From: an uncultured Anaerolineae bacterium
GTDB taxonomy: Bacteria > Chloroflexota > Anaerolineae > Aggregatilineales > UBA3940
Direction: 5' to 3'
DNA length: 64,000 nt
Assembly: GCA_964439625.1 (NCBI GenBank)
Contig: CAYTPI010000005.1
Location: forward strand, 32,637 to 96,636
Positions 55,485 through 64,000 of this stretch are shown in pieces (position 1 is the stretch's first letter; every line of letters begins with the position of its first letter). The notes beneath the pieces are model-generated. The model was not told the DNA's origin. It saw nothing but the letters and a program-made list of their open reading frames with translations, and did not search any database. Position numbers and translations under genes: made by a program.

Positions 55485-57133
55485 TACTCAACGCCAATAA
55501 TGTAGTGATAGTGAGATTGTCCGCCTGTGGCTAGCTCAATTTCCTGCTCTTGATACCGCTCTGAAATGACTGTGATCATCTCCAAGGCTTCAGCATCACT
55601 GATTTCAGCACCGCGGTATAGCGTAATGATTTCACTGTCTTCAGAGGCCATTGTATCCAAGAGTCTCAGCACGACGCGCTCAGTGCTGTCGTCTGCTATG
55701 ATTAACTTGCCGTTATGCAGGCCAATTGCCTGCCCCTTGCGGACTTCGACGCCATCAATGTTAGCATCGCGCACGCCAATGGTAACTTCACCCGACTCAA
55801 CATAATCGAGAGCTTCAATCATAGCTTCCACGACGGCATCAAGATCATCTCCGGTGAGCGCAAATAATGCACTAGCTCCCTGTGGAATTGTCCGGCTTGG
55901 TACGACGGCAACTTGTTTACCGCTGCCTTCATCTGCTGCCTTTTGCGCCGCCATTAGAATGTTTTTATTATTCGGTAGAATAATTATTTTATCAGTGTTT
56001 AGCCTGTTAATTCCGTCCAGAATATCTCCCGTGCTGGGGTTCATAGTCTGCCCACCACTGATGACTAATGCGGCACCTAAGTTGTAAAAGATATTGGCTA
56101 ACTCAATACTGGGTGCCACCGCAATGACCGCAATCGACCCGGGTTCGATCTCCGGCGGCTCAATTGCTTTGACACTGGGTTGCTGTTGTGTAACCAAGTC
56201 TTCATATTGCTCCTGCATATTTTCGACGACGACATCCAGCAAAGTGCCACGTTGAGCCCCGTAACTAATTGGAACACCCGGATCGTGCACGTGAATGTGC
56301 ACTTTGATGAGCGTTTCATCGCCAACAATCAGGCCGCTGTCTCCCATGGCTTCTATATCACGCCGGACTGTGGCAACATCTAGTCCGATGCCCTTCAACA
56401 AGAATTGAACGTCGTAACCATAGTCAGAATCGTCATCGTCCATCACGTGTTGTTGCGCACCCGATAAACTCGGCGATGAGTCAGTCACCGCAGCAAGCCT
56501 TTGCCCCGTTAGCCGCATAAGCATACCCTGCAGCACGTATGCCAACCCCATTCCGCCTGAGTCTACAACGCCTGCCTCTTTCAGAACGGGGAGTTGTTCA
56601 GGTGTCCGCTCGACTGACGCCTGTGCCTGCTCGACAATGTAGCTCATTAAGCTATTGAAATTAGCGTTGTTATCAACGTTTGTTTGCACTGCTTCCGATA
56701 CCTCGCGAATGACGGTCAAAACAGTACCTTCGACGGGTTCTTGTACAGCGCCATACGCAACTCGTGTCGCTTCTTCGAGGCATACTTTGATGTCAGCCGG
56801 TGTAAAGGTAGGTTTATGGCTAAGTGCATTCGAAATCCCGCGCCACAACTGTGATAGGATAACCCCCGAGTTGCCGCGTGCACCCATCAGAGCGCCATTG
56901 TAAAGTGCTCTCGCCACTTTGCTGGCATCTGTTTCCTCGGAGTTTGCTACCTCGCGGTAGGCGCTGCGCATGGTAAGCAGCATATTAGTACCGGTATCGC
57001 CATCAGGTACTGGGAACACATTGAGATCGTTGACATGCTGATGGTTTTCTTCCAGCCATGCGAGCCCGGCTTCTGCCATGCGTTTGAGGCCCTGCCCATC
57101 ACAGGTAGCACTGGTCGCTTCATTCATGGTCAT
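55484..57133 (-). CDS. DAK2 domain fusion protein (YloV-like)
   Basis: 549 aa. The N-terminal DAK2 block is FPVPDGDTGTNM. The C-terminal half resembles the YloV family. Preceded by an Asp23 gene, as in yloU-yloV. Confidence 0.85.
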   Translation of the reverse strand: MTMNEATSATCDGQGLKRMAEAGLAWLEENHQHVNDLNVFPVPDGDTGTNMLLTMRSAYREVANSEETDASKVARALYNGALMGARGNSGVILSQLWRGISNALSHKPTFTPADIKVCLEEATRVAYGAVQEPVEGTVLTVIREVSEAVQTNVDNNANFNSLMSYIVEQAQASVERTPEQLPVLKEAGVVDSGGMGLAYVLQGMLMRLTGQRLAAVTDSSPSLSGAQQHVMDDDDSDYGYDVQFLLKGIGLDVATVRRDIEAMGDSGLIVGDETLIKVHIHVHDPGVPISYGAQRGTLLDVVVENMQEQYEDLVTQQQPSVKAIEPPEIEPGSIAVIAVAPSIELANIFYNLGAALVISGGQTMNPSTGDILDGINRLNTDKIIILPNNKNILMAAQKAADEGSGKQVAVVPSRTIPQGASALFALTGDDLDAVVEAMIEALDYVESGEVTIGVRDANIDGVEVRKGQAIGLHNGKLIIADDSTERVVLRLLDTMASEDSEIITLYRGAEISDAEALEMITVISERYQEQEIELATGGQSHYHYIIGVE

Positions 57134-57216
57134 ACGTGGTTAAATTCTCCATACAGTAACAGTTGAACCCCATATCTGGGTGGGGTAAGTGAGTGAGGAA
57201 ACAGTGATAGTGTTCG

Positions 57217-57561
57217 CTATTCTTGAATTCCCTGAACATAGACGTTTACACGGTGTACTGGGATGCCGACGTACTTTTCAACGTGGAAGCGCACCGTCTC
57301 GATGACACTTTCAGCTATCGATGAGATGTTGGTGCCAAACTGCACAATGATGTAGATATCAATGATAAGTTTCTTATCGATATATAGCACCATAATCCCG
57401 TCGTTAGGGTCTCGGGTGAGGGCCGCAGCCAGTTCGCCGAGCGGCGTTCGCCGTGCCATGCCTACCACACCGTAGCTTTTCATCAAGGCTTGGCTGGCAA
57501 CACTTGCAATGGCTAGCGGCGAGATAAAGACTGAACCTATTTTTTCTTCAGTGTTTTCCAA
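57217..57561 (-). CDS. Asp23/Gls24-family protein (YloU-like)
   Basis: About 114 aa from TTG 57561 (GGAG lies 6 nt upstream) with ISPLAIASVASQALMKSYGVVGM and VNVYVQGI motifs. The longer ORF-track start would overlap rpe by 89 nt. Confidence 0.75.
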   Translation of the reverse strand: MENTEEKIGSVFISPLAIASVASQALMKSYGVVGMARRTPLGELAAALTRDPNDGIMVLYIDKKLIIDIYIIVQFGTNISSIAESVIETVRFHVEKYVGIPVHRVNVYVQGIQE

Positions 57562-57562
57562 A

Positions 57563-58234
57563 CTACGCTCCTGCTGCGGCTGCCCGCATTCTAAGCTGCA
57601 CAACGGCTTCTGCTGCGGAAAGTGTATTGTTGAAGATCGTGCTGCCCGCAATCAGTAAATTGCCACCGTGCTGTACAATCTTGGCGGCGTTATCCAGCGT
57701 CACGCCGCCGTCAACGCCAACGTCAACGCTGGGGCTGCGCTCATCGATCCATTCTCTGACCGTCTTCAAGCGATGGTAAGCTGATTCAATGAAGACCTGC
57801 CCCCCAAACCCCGGGTTAACTGTCATCATTAATACTAAATCAACATTTTCAAAGATTGGCTCCAGCGCCGTCAGTGGTGTGCCAGGGTTAATTGCTACCC
57901 CTGCGCGTAAATTAAGCGCCCTAATTTCCTCTAGATTGCGGTGGATATGTGGGCAAGTCTCCACATGAATTGTTAACGAATCAGCTCCAGCTTGGGCGAA
58001 GTCCTCGAAGTAGCGTTGAGGTTGTTCGATCATCAAATGGACATCGAGCGGTTTGGTGGCTGTTCGCTTAATAGCCTGGACGATGAACGGGCCCATGGTA
58101 ATATTTGGTACAAAGTGACCATCCATCACATCAATATGAATGACATCTGCGCCACCATGTTCGGCCTGTTCAATTTCCTCACCAAGTTTGGTAAAGTCCG
58201 CCGATAGTACAGACGGTGATATTTTTAGTGCCAT
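57563..58234 (-). CDS. rpe: Ribulose-phosphate 3-epimerase
   Basis: MALKISPSVLSADF, HIDVMDGHFVPN and MTVNPGFGGQ motifs. ATG 58234 is preferred. Confidence 0.93.
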   Translation of the reverse strand: MALKISPSVLSADFTKLGEEIEQAEHGGADVIHIDVMDGHFVPNITMGPFIVQAIKRTATKPLDVHLMIEQPQRYFEDFAQAGADSLTIHVETCPHIHRNLEEIRALNLRAGVAINPGTPLTALEPIFENVDLVLMMTVNPGFGGQVFIESAYHRLKTVREWIDERSPSVDVGVDGGVTLDNAAKIVQHGGNLLIAGSTIFNNTLSAAEAVVQLRMRAAAAGA

Positions 58235-58353
58235 GTTTTTCTGGGGGTGCCGACCAATAAAGCTTACAAAGTGTAGCATGCCGAGTAAGCCATATGCAAT
58301 AGCTGATAGAATAACAAACCGTCTATATGTACTGAATTCACAAGGAGCTGTCT

Positions 58354-59292
58354 ATGTCATCTAGGGCCAAGGTAACAATCTATTCTGATGGAGGGGCTGA
58401 CCCAAACCCTGGGGCTGGTGGGTGGGGTGTCGTTCTAATCCACGAGGCATCTGGCGCTGTCCGCGAATTAAGCGCGGGCGTGCCAAACACGACGAATAAT
58501 CGGATGGAACTGATGGCAGCCATCGAAGCGCTGCGGGCGTTGAAGCAGCCTTGCGATATTGAGTTTTATACTGACTCTGAATACCTGCGGCGGGGCGTTG
58601 TTGAATGGATGAGTGGTTGGAAGAAAAGGGGCTGGCGCAAAAGCAACAATGACCCCGTACTCAATGCCGATCTTTGGCGAGCCCTTGAGCAAGAGTTGGG
58701 TCGGCACCAAATTCAATGGCATTGGGTTAAGGGTCATGCTGGTGACGAATACAACGAACGAGCCGACCAACTTGCTACCGCCGCTATTCGCCAGCAGGAG
58801 CAACCTATAAGACGCGATGCAACAGATTTCGAAGCGTATATTCTTGTCAGCGCGCGGGGCAATGAAGGATTTTGGGGCGTTCTTCACCGCGCGTCTGACG
58901 GCAAGGAAGAAATCTACTGGGATTCTGTACCGAAGACATCCGTCAACCGCCTGCTGCTGTTGGCGACATTCAACGCACTGCTGGCAACGCCAGATGAGGC
59001 TTCATTAACGATCTTCACGACCGCAGACTATTTGCGTAACGGGGCCACAAAGTGGGTCAAAGCCTGGGTTAAACGTGGCTGGACGACCAAAGCGGGCAGC
59101 CCAGTCGCAAACGCTGACATTTGGCAGGAAATCATCGATCTAATGCGTCAGCGCCGAGTCACGTTTCCATCAGTTAAGCTGGAAGATATGCAGGTAGAAT
59201 TTGAAGATGTTGCCGAGCGTGTCCGCGAGGTCATTCAAGCGGAGATGGCACAACAAGCTGGTGACGATGAGTCGCTCAGATGGGCTGAATAA
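58354..59292 (+). CDS. rnhA: Ribonuclease HI fused to a second, degenerate RNase H-like domain
   Basis: Residues 1-150 appear collinear with E. coli RNase HI as recalled (IYSDGG, TTNNRMELMAAIEAL, FYTDSEY, WKKRGW, VKGHAGDEYNERADQLA). Residues about 158-290 repeat the fold with the catalytic residues replaced. Confidence 0.85.
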   Translation: MSSRAKVTIYSDGGADPNPGAGGWGVVLIHEASGAVRELSAGVPNTTNNRMELMAAIEALRALKQPCDIEFYTDSEYLRRGVVEWMSGWKKRGWRKSNNDPVLNADLWRALEQELGRHQIQWHWVKGHAGDEYNERADQLATAAIRQQEQPIRRDATDFEAYILVSARGNEGFWGVLHRASDGKEEIYWDSVPKTSVNRLLLLATFNALLATPDEASLTIFTTADYLRNGATKWVKAWVKRGWTTKAGSPVANADIWQEIIDLMRQRRVTFPSVKLEDMQVEFEDVAERVREVIQAEMAQQAGDDESLRWAE

Positions 59293-60337
59293 GGCCATCA
59301 TCACCTTTGAGAACAGCAGCCTTTAGCTGACCGCAGCCTGCATTAATGTCAATCCCGCGTCGAACGCGGATTGTTGTTGGGACACCATATGATTCAACGA
59401 TATCAACAAAAGCCTGTACCCGTTCGGGGTCAGGTTTGTCTCCTGCATATCCTTCTGTTGGATTTAACGGAATTACATTGACGTGACACAGCATACCCTG
59501 AAGCAGTCGACCCAAGCGGTGGGCCTGCTTTGGTTGGTCATTTTCATTGGCGATCAAAGCCCACTCGAAAGTGACTCGTCGGTTTGTCTTGCCAATGTAA
59601 TTTTGAACCGCTGTAAGTAATTGGCCAATATCATAGCGCTTGTTGACGGGTAGCAGCGCCGACCGCTCGCCGTCCTCTGAGGCGTGAAGACTAATTGCCA
59701 GCCTAACCTGAAGCCCCTCATCAGCAAACTTTTCGATGGCTGGCACGAGCCCAACTGTACTGACGGTGATATGTCGCTGACCAATGCCAAAACTATCCGG
59801 GTCTGTTAGCCGGTGAAGCGCTGCAACCGTTGCATCATAGTTGTGAAAGGGTTCACCCATGCCCATCAGGACGACATTACTCAGGCGCTCGCCATCGGCT
59901 TCGAGTGTGCGAGCGACAATCATCGCTTGCTCAAGGATTTCACCAGTTGTCAGGTTTCGGCTGAAGCCCATCTGGCCTGTTGCACAGAACACGCAGCCCA
60001 TCGCACAGCCTGCTTGGGTCGAGATGCATGCTGTGCGGCGCTGGTCATCATAGGCCATCAGCACTGTTTCGATCAGTTGCCCATCTGGTAAACGCAGTAG
60101 ATATTTAATTGTTTCGCCGTCCGATGACTTGATCTCGGTAACTGGTTGCAGTGTCGTGATTTCCGCTTGTTCGCTCAATTTCTGGCGTAAGTCTTTTGGC
60201 ATATTGTGCATCTGGTCGAAGCTGCTTGCCTTATGTGCGTACAGCCACGTCCATAGCTGGTCTGCCCGGAAGCGCGGAAACCCCCAACTAGTAATGACAT
60301 CTTCCAATTCAAGCTTCGTGTAATCTAATAGATTCAT
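59276..60337 (-). CDS. rlmN: 23S rRNA/tRNA (adenine-C2)-methyltransferase RlmN (radical SAM)
   Basis: 353 aa with CAMGCVFCATG and MGMGEPFHN motifs. Its 3' end overlaps the rnhA 3' end by 17 nt (convergent). Confidence 0.92.
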   Translation of the reverse strand: MNLLDYTKLELEDVITSWGFPRFRADQLWTWLYAHKASSFDQMHNMPKDLRQKLSEQAEITTLQPVTEIKSSDGETIKYLLRLPDGQLIETVLMAYDDQRRTACISTQAGCAMGCVFCATGQMGFSRNLTTGEILEQAMIVARTLEADGERLSNVVLMGMGEPFHNYDATVAALHRLTDPDSFGIGQRHITVSTVGLVPAIEKFADEGLQVRLAISLHASEDGERSALLPVNKRYDIGQLLTAVQNYIGKTNRRVTFEWALIANENDQPKQAHRLGRLLQGMLCHVNVIPLNPTEGYAGDKPDPERVQAFVDIVESYGVPTTIRVRRGIDINAGCGQLKAAVLKGDDGLIQPI

Positions 60338-61158
60338 CGAAAGTTGCGGTCAGCTTTCTGCAGTGCGTCACTGAGATGATGAAGGTCATTGAAGATGAAG
60401 TCCGGCTTATAGTCAGATTGCACAACGTCTTTGATCGTAGTCGCACCGCCCATCATCAGGATTGTCCCGATCTTAGCTTTGACCCCACCTAGAATGTCAG
60501 TCTCAAGTCGGTCTCCTACGACTGCGGTTGTTGCAGGGTCTGCCTGTAATGCTGCCATCGCATCTTCAAAAATGCCAGCTTCTGGCTTACCCAATACGAT
60601 TGGGTCGCGATCTGTTGTTGCGATCAAGCCAACGACAATCATTCCGGTGCCGGGTGCAATGCCATGTGGTGTTGGCAGGCCAACATCCGTGTTTGTCGCA
60701 ATGAAGTCAGCGCCACGCTCCCGGATCAGGTGTGTCGCAACCTTCGCCTTTGCGTAACTGAACTGTCGATCCATGCCAACCACAACGGCATTAACCTGCT
60801 CTGCAGGTTCCTGCTCGCCTGTATAGACCGTCAGGCCTTGCGCTTCGAGCATGCCGATCAATGGGGTTTCTCCAATGACGTAAAACGATGAACTCTTACC
60901 AAATAGTTCTGGAAGGCGTTTCGCCGTTACCGTTGCACTCGAGAAGACTTGCTCTTCACGGGTATCGATGCCAAACCCTGCTAGTTTTTCCATAATCATT
61001 GACCGTGTTTTCGCGGCATTGTTCGTAACCACGGCCCAATTAATGCTGCGTTCCGCGATGGCTGCGAAAAAGCGCTCCACGCCGGGTGCCGGCTGGTCTA
61101 TGAAGTACAGTACGCCATCGCCATCGAGTAAGAGTGTGCGAATGTCTTTTAGCTCCAT
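60334..61158 (-). CDS. HAD-superfamily hydrolase, subfamily IIA (NagD-like sugar phosphatase)
   Basis: LLDGDGVLY (DxD motif), VTNNA and VGDRLETDILGG motifs. ATG 61158 is preferred over the ORF-track start. Confidence 0.8.
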   Translation of the reverse strand: MELKDIRTLLLDGDGVLYFIDQPAPGVERFFAAIAERSINWAVVTNNAAKTRSMIMEKLAGFGIDTREEQVFSSATVTAKRLPELFGKSSSFYVIGETPLIGMLEAQGLTVYTGEQEPAEQVNAVVVGMDRQFSYAKAKVATHLIRERGADFIATNTDVGLPTPHGIAPGTGMIVVGLIATTDRDPIVLGKPEAGIFEDAMAALQADPATTAVVGDRLETDILGGVKAKIGTILMMGGATTIKDVVQSDYKPDFIFNDLHHLSDALQKADRNFR

Positions 61159-61305
61159 ATCGTTGATTATACCTTGCTCTGGTGGAGGATGACTGCTTTC
61201 TATCACACGCAGCACCGAAAACCGGTGTTTGAAGCATGGGTCATCAATAGTTATCCTTATATTGTCGCTTCTTGTAAATGATTAGTAGCTTAAAGGATTG
61301 CATAT

Positions 61306-62916
61306 ATGGACGCTAATATATTAAGCGATAGGCAGATAGAGACATCTGTTAAGCCGCCATTTGATGCTAATGTGTTTTTCAACGTGACTGAATTGAAGCA
61401 GCCAGTTTTAATTCTAGGCTTATCGTTATTAGGAGGGGTCGGCGCTGATCTGCTGCTGCTCGGCAAACCCGTGGGGGTTTCATACCCCTTGGCCTATGGT
61501 TTGTTTGCCGCGCTATTAATGATCGCCGTCACGAAAGAAGGACGGCGTGTCACGCAGTCTAATCTTTGGTTGCTACTTGCTGCGCTGCTGCTTGCCACGA
61601 TGAGCGTCGTCCGTGCGGCTCCATTTGTCCGTACCCTCAATATTCTTGGTAGCCTTGGTTTTGGTATTCTATTTGTGCGTGGTGTGGTTGGGCGTCCTGT
61701 TTCATCCCAAAACTTCGGTGACTACCTGCGTGATGCAGTCTATGCTGGCCTCGGCTGGTTTCCGATCACGTTTCCCTTCCTCGTCTCCGTCGGTGCGCAT
61801 CTTAAACAGATCCAAGTAACTAAGAGTCCCACCTTCAGAAAGGTGTTGACTGGACTCTTGCTAACTATTCCCTTGTTAATCATCTTTACGACGTTATTTG
61901 CCGCTGCTGATTTGATCTTTGGGGGTATGGTTCGTTCTGCACTTGAGGCACTCTACATCGAAAACTTGCTCGGTCATATCGTGTTATCTTGGGCAATCTC
62001 ATGGTTGTTTACCGGTCTGATTGTCTTCGCCGTTACCCGTAATGATGAACAACTAGAACCACTGCCCCATACGGAGCGGCAGTTGAAGCGTTTTCGCGTG
62101 CTCGGGTCAATTGAATCAAGCATGGTGCTTTTTAGCGTGAATGGTTTGTTCGTGCTGTTTGTCGCCGTTCAGTTTGCCGCCCTGTTTGGCGGGCAGGGCT
62201 TCATTGAGGCCCGTGGTCTTACTTACTCTGAATACGCCCGCAGAGGCTTCTTTGAACTTGTAACTGTTGCCGTCATCGTGATGGGGCTGATCCTCCTGCT
62301 TGATCTTTTCACAAAGCGCGAAAGCGGGATCTCACAGAGGGTGTTTCTAACCGGTTGCACGCTGCTGGTTGCGATGACCGTGGTGGTTTTAGCATCCGCC
62401 TTTCAGCGGATGGCCCTGTATGAACGGGCCTTCGGGTTCACGCAATTACGCATCTTGACTCATATCTTTATAGTGTGGCTTGCAATTATGCTTAGCGCTT
62501 TTCTGATGATGTTGTACCAGAAGCGAACGTATATGTTTGCAACTGGTTTAGTTATCGGCACGCTGGCTTATATCATGACATTGAATGTTATTAACCCGGA
62601 AGCATTTGTCGCCCGTCAGAACGTGCTGCGCTACGAGTCAGGCGACATGTTGGACGTTGAATATACTGATCAATTATCAGCCGACGCCGTCCCTGTGCTT
62701 GTTGCCTTGTTGGAAGACGATGATGCGCGCGATGCAGTCGGCCCTTGGTTGGCTTGGCGCTTGCATCAATTGGATCGGCGGCAGGAAAATTATCAATGGC
62801 CTGCTTACCATGTCAGCATTAATCGGGCTTATAGCCTCCTGGACGCTGAGCGGGAGGTGCTTGACACATTCGATCTTAGTGCTCGCTATGCGCATCCCGA
62901 AATACAATCACGTTGA
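61306..62916 (+). CDS. Polytopic membrane protein, DUF4153/DUF4173-like
   Basis: 536 aa with about 12 TM. The C-terminal soluble tail has an INPEAFVARQNVLRY...DVEYTDQLSADAVPVL pattern. The family call comes from memory of that pattern only. Confidence 0.45.
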   Translation: MDANILSDRQIETSVKPPFDANVFFNVTELKQPVLILGLSLLGGVGADLLLLGKPVGVSYPLAYGLFAALLMIAVTKEGRRVTQSNLWLLLAALLLATMSVVRAAPFVRTLNILGSLGFGILFVRGVVGRPVSSQNFGDYLRDAVYAGLGWFPITFPFLVSVGAHLKQIQVTKSPTFRKVLTGLLLTIPLLIIFTTLFAAADLIFGGMVRSALEALYIENLLGHIVLSWAISWLFTGLIVFAVTRNDEQLEPLPHTERQLKRFRVLGSIESSMVLFSVNGLFVLFVAVQFAALFGGQGFIEARGLTYSEYARRGFFELVTVAVIVMGLILLLDLFTKRESGISQRVFLTGCTLLVAMTVVVLASAFQRMALYERAFGFTQLRILTHIFIVWLAIMLSAFLMMLYQKRTYMFATGLVIGTLAYIMTLNVINPEAFVARQNVLRYESGDMLDVEYTDQLSADAVPVLVALLEDDDARDAVGPWLAWRLHQLDRRQENYQWPAYHVSINRAYSLLDAEREVLDTFDLSARYAHPEIQSR

Positions 62917-63007
62917 AGCCACGAATATATTCCGGCAGGCAATACCATCTAAGATACTATCAGCCTAACGGGATAGAAACGATGATAATGGGAACGGACT
63001 TCAATTA

Positions 63008-63922
63008 ATGACTGCTACACAAGCCAAATCTATGCTAAAGCGCTTGCCATGGATTATAGGGCTGACAATCATCGGGTTAATTATCGTTTTCTCAATAACG
63101 GGCTTTCTGATTAGCGCTAATACGGCCCGAGACAGCTTCCAGCGGGAGCGCCAGCCCATTGAGGGTACCCCGGCAGATTTTGGCGCGACTGACTGGGAAG
63201 ACGTCACGCTAACAACGCCGGACGACATTACGCTTGAGGGTTGGGTCGTTCCATCAAAAAATGGTGCGTTTATTATTTTGGCACATGGACATGGTGGAAA
63301 CCGTGAAGCGATGAATGAGGTGGCTGCCATGTTCCTTGATGAAGGCTATGGTCTGGCTATGTTTGACTTCCGCGCTCACGGTGAAAGCTCAGGCGATATA
63401 TCGACCATTGGTGGTAAAGAAGTTACCGATCTTATAACAATTCTTGACTACGTCGATGCTCGTGATGACAGTGAGCCAGAGCGTATTGGTGCGGTTGGCT
63501 TTTCCATGGGGGCCGCCACCGTAGCCCAAACTGCTGCCATCGATGATCGGATTGCTGTGGTCAGCGTGGAAGCATCATTTACCTCTCTACGAGAGGTGCT
63601 GTTGCACCGTGCTGCTGTGTTAGGCCCCATCTCGCAGGCAGCGACCCTGATAGTGGCAAATAATCTCGGCCTCGACCCTGATGGGGTGCAGATTGCTTCC
63701 GCGCTTTGTGACATAAGCCCTCGACCAGTGTACTTAGTCTATGGTAACGCTGATGTAACAATGTTCCCGGATACAGCCCAGCAAATGGATGCCGCCTCAT
63801 GTGAACCTTCCGAATTATGGGTTGTCAATGACCTCCAGCATAATCAGGCGATTACGCTGAGCCCGGAAGAATACGAAGACCGAATTCTGCCATTCTTCGC
63901 TGAAGCGTTACTAGTTGACTGA
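63008..63922 (+). CDS. Membrane-anchored alpha/beta hydrolase (paralogue of 43983-44873)
   Basis: N-terminal TM LPWIIGLTIIGLIIVFSITGFLI, HGHGGN oxyanion region, nucleophile elbow GFSMGA, C-terminal ELWVVNDLQHN...FFAEAL. Confidence 0.78.
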   Translation: MTATQAKSMLKRLPWIIGLTIIGLIIVFSITGFLISANTARDSFQRERQPIEGTPADFGATDWEDVTLTTPDDITLEGWVVPSKNGAFIILAHGHGGNREAMNEVAAMFLDEGYGLAMFDFRAHGESSGDISTIGGKEVTDLITILDYVDARDDSEPERIGAVGFSMGAATVAQTAAIDDRIAVVSVEASFTSLREVLLHRAAVLGPISQAATLIVANNLGLDPDGVQIASALCDISPRPVYLVYGNADVTMFPDTAQQMDAASCEPSELWVVNDLQHNQAITLSPEEYEDRILPFFAEALLVD

Positions 63923-64000
63923 TGCAATGGTGCCAAAAACACCAAAGTGTTAGACGTGCTATACTCCGCAAAGAAAAGTTATTTCAGATCGAAAGTTGCT

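Noticed and set aside
1-64000. CRISPR arrays, rRNA operons, transposases, integrases, toxin-antitoxin pairs and prophage genes
   Set aside because: I looked for regularly spaced repeats and for the corresponding protein motifs in the ORF track and found none. Sensitivity by eye is limited for short or degenerate repeats.

Overview
The window is a compact, almost fully coding stretch of a bacterial chromosome with moderate GC (judged by eye, not computed). Gene content and synteny suggest a monoderm, Chloroflexota-like organism with Firmicute-type operon blocks; this is an inference, not a database result.

Gene order:
- It opens in the 3' end of secY and runs through adk-map-rpmJ-rpsM-rpsK-rpoA-rplQ-truA-rplM-rpsI. 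infA and rpsD are not in this block.
- Next come housekeeping genes: surE, a YabN-type methylase-MazG fusion, tRNA-Pro(CGG), cmk and a pseudouridine synthase.
- An envelope-glycosylation-rich section follows, with YfhO-like, GT39/ArnT-like, GT2 and DUF2029-like enzymes.
- Then amine oxidase-guaD, and glmS preceded by a recognisable glmS ribozyme.
- Then a CDP-alcohol phosphatidyltransferase with an Lgt-like partner, an ABC exporter pair, lon with an overlapping single-domain response regulator, and tatB-like/tatC.
- Then the blocks asp23-nusB, fabD-fabG, rpmF, coaD, and recG-degV-DAK2(yloV)-asp23(yloU)-rpe.
- It ends with rnhA, rlmN, a HAD hydrolase, a DUF4153/4173-like membrane protein and an alpha/beta hydrolase.

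I saw no rRNA, CRISPR array, transposase, integrase or phage genes.

Candidates for something undescribed:
1. A cytoplasmic TIR-HEAT repeat protein at the tail of a glycosylation/peptidase operon (16055-17314).
2. A monocistronic PHP phosphoesterase-AlbA_2 (Schlafen-like) fusion with an unassigned C-terminal domain (36483-38249).
3. A receiver-only response regulator translationally overlapped with lon.
4. An RNase HI carrying a second, catalytically dead RNase H copy.
5. A glmS ribozyme with a two-hairpin insertion.

None of these could be checked against databases here. All family assignments come from motifs read in the translations.
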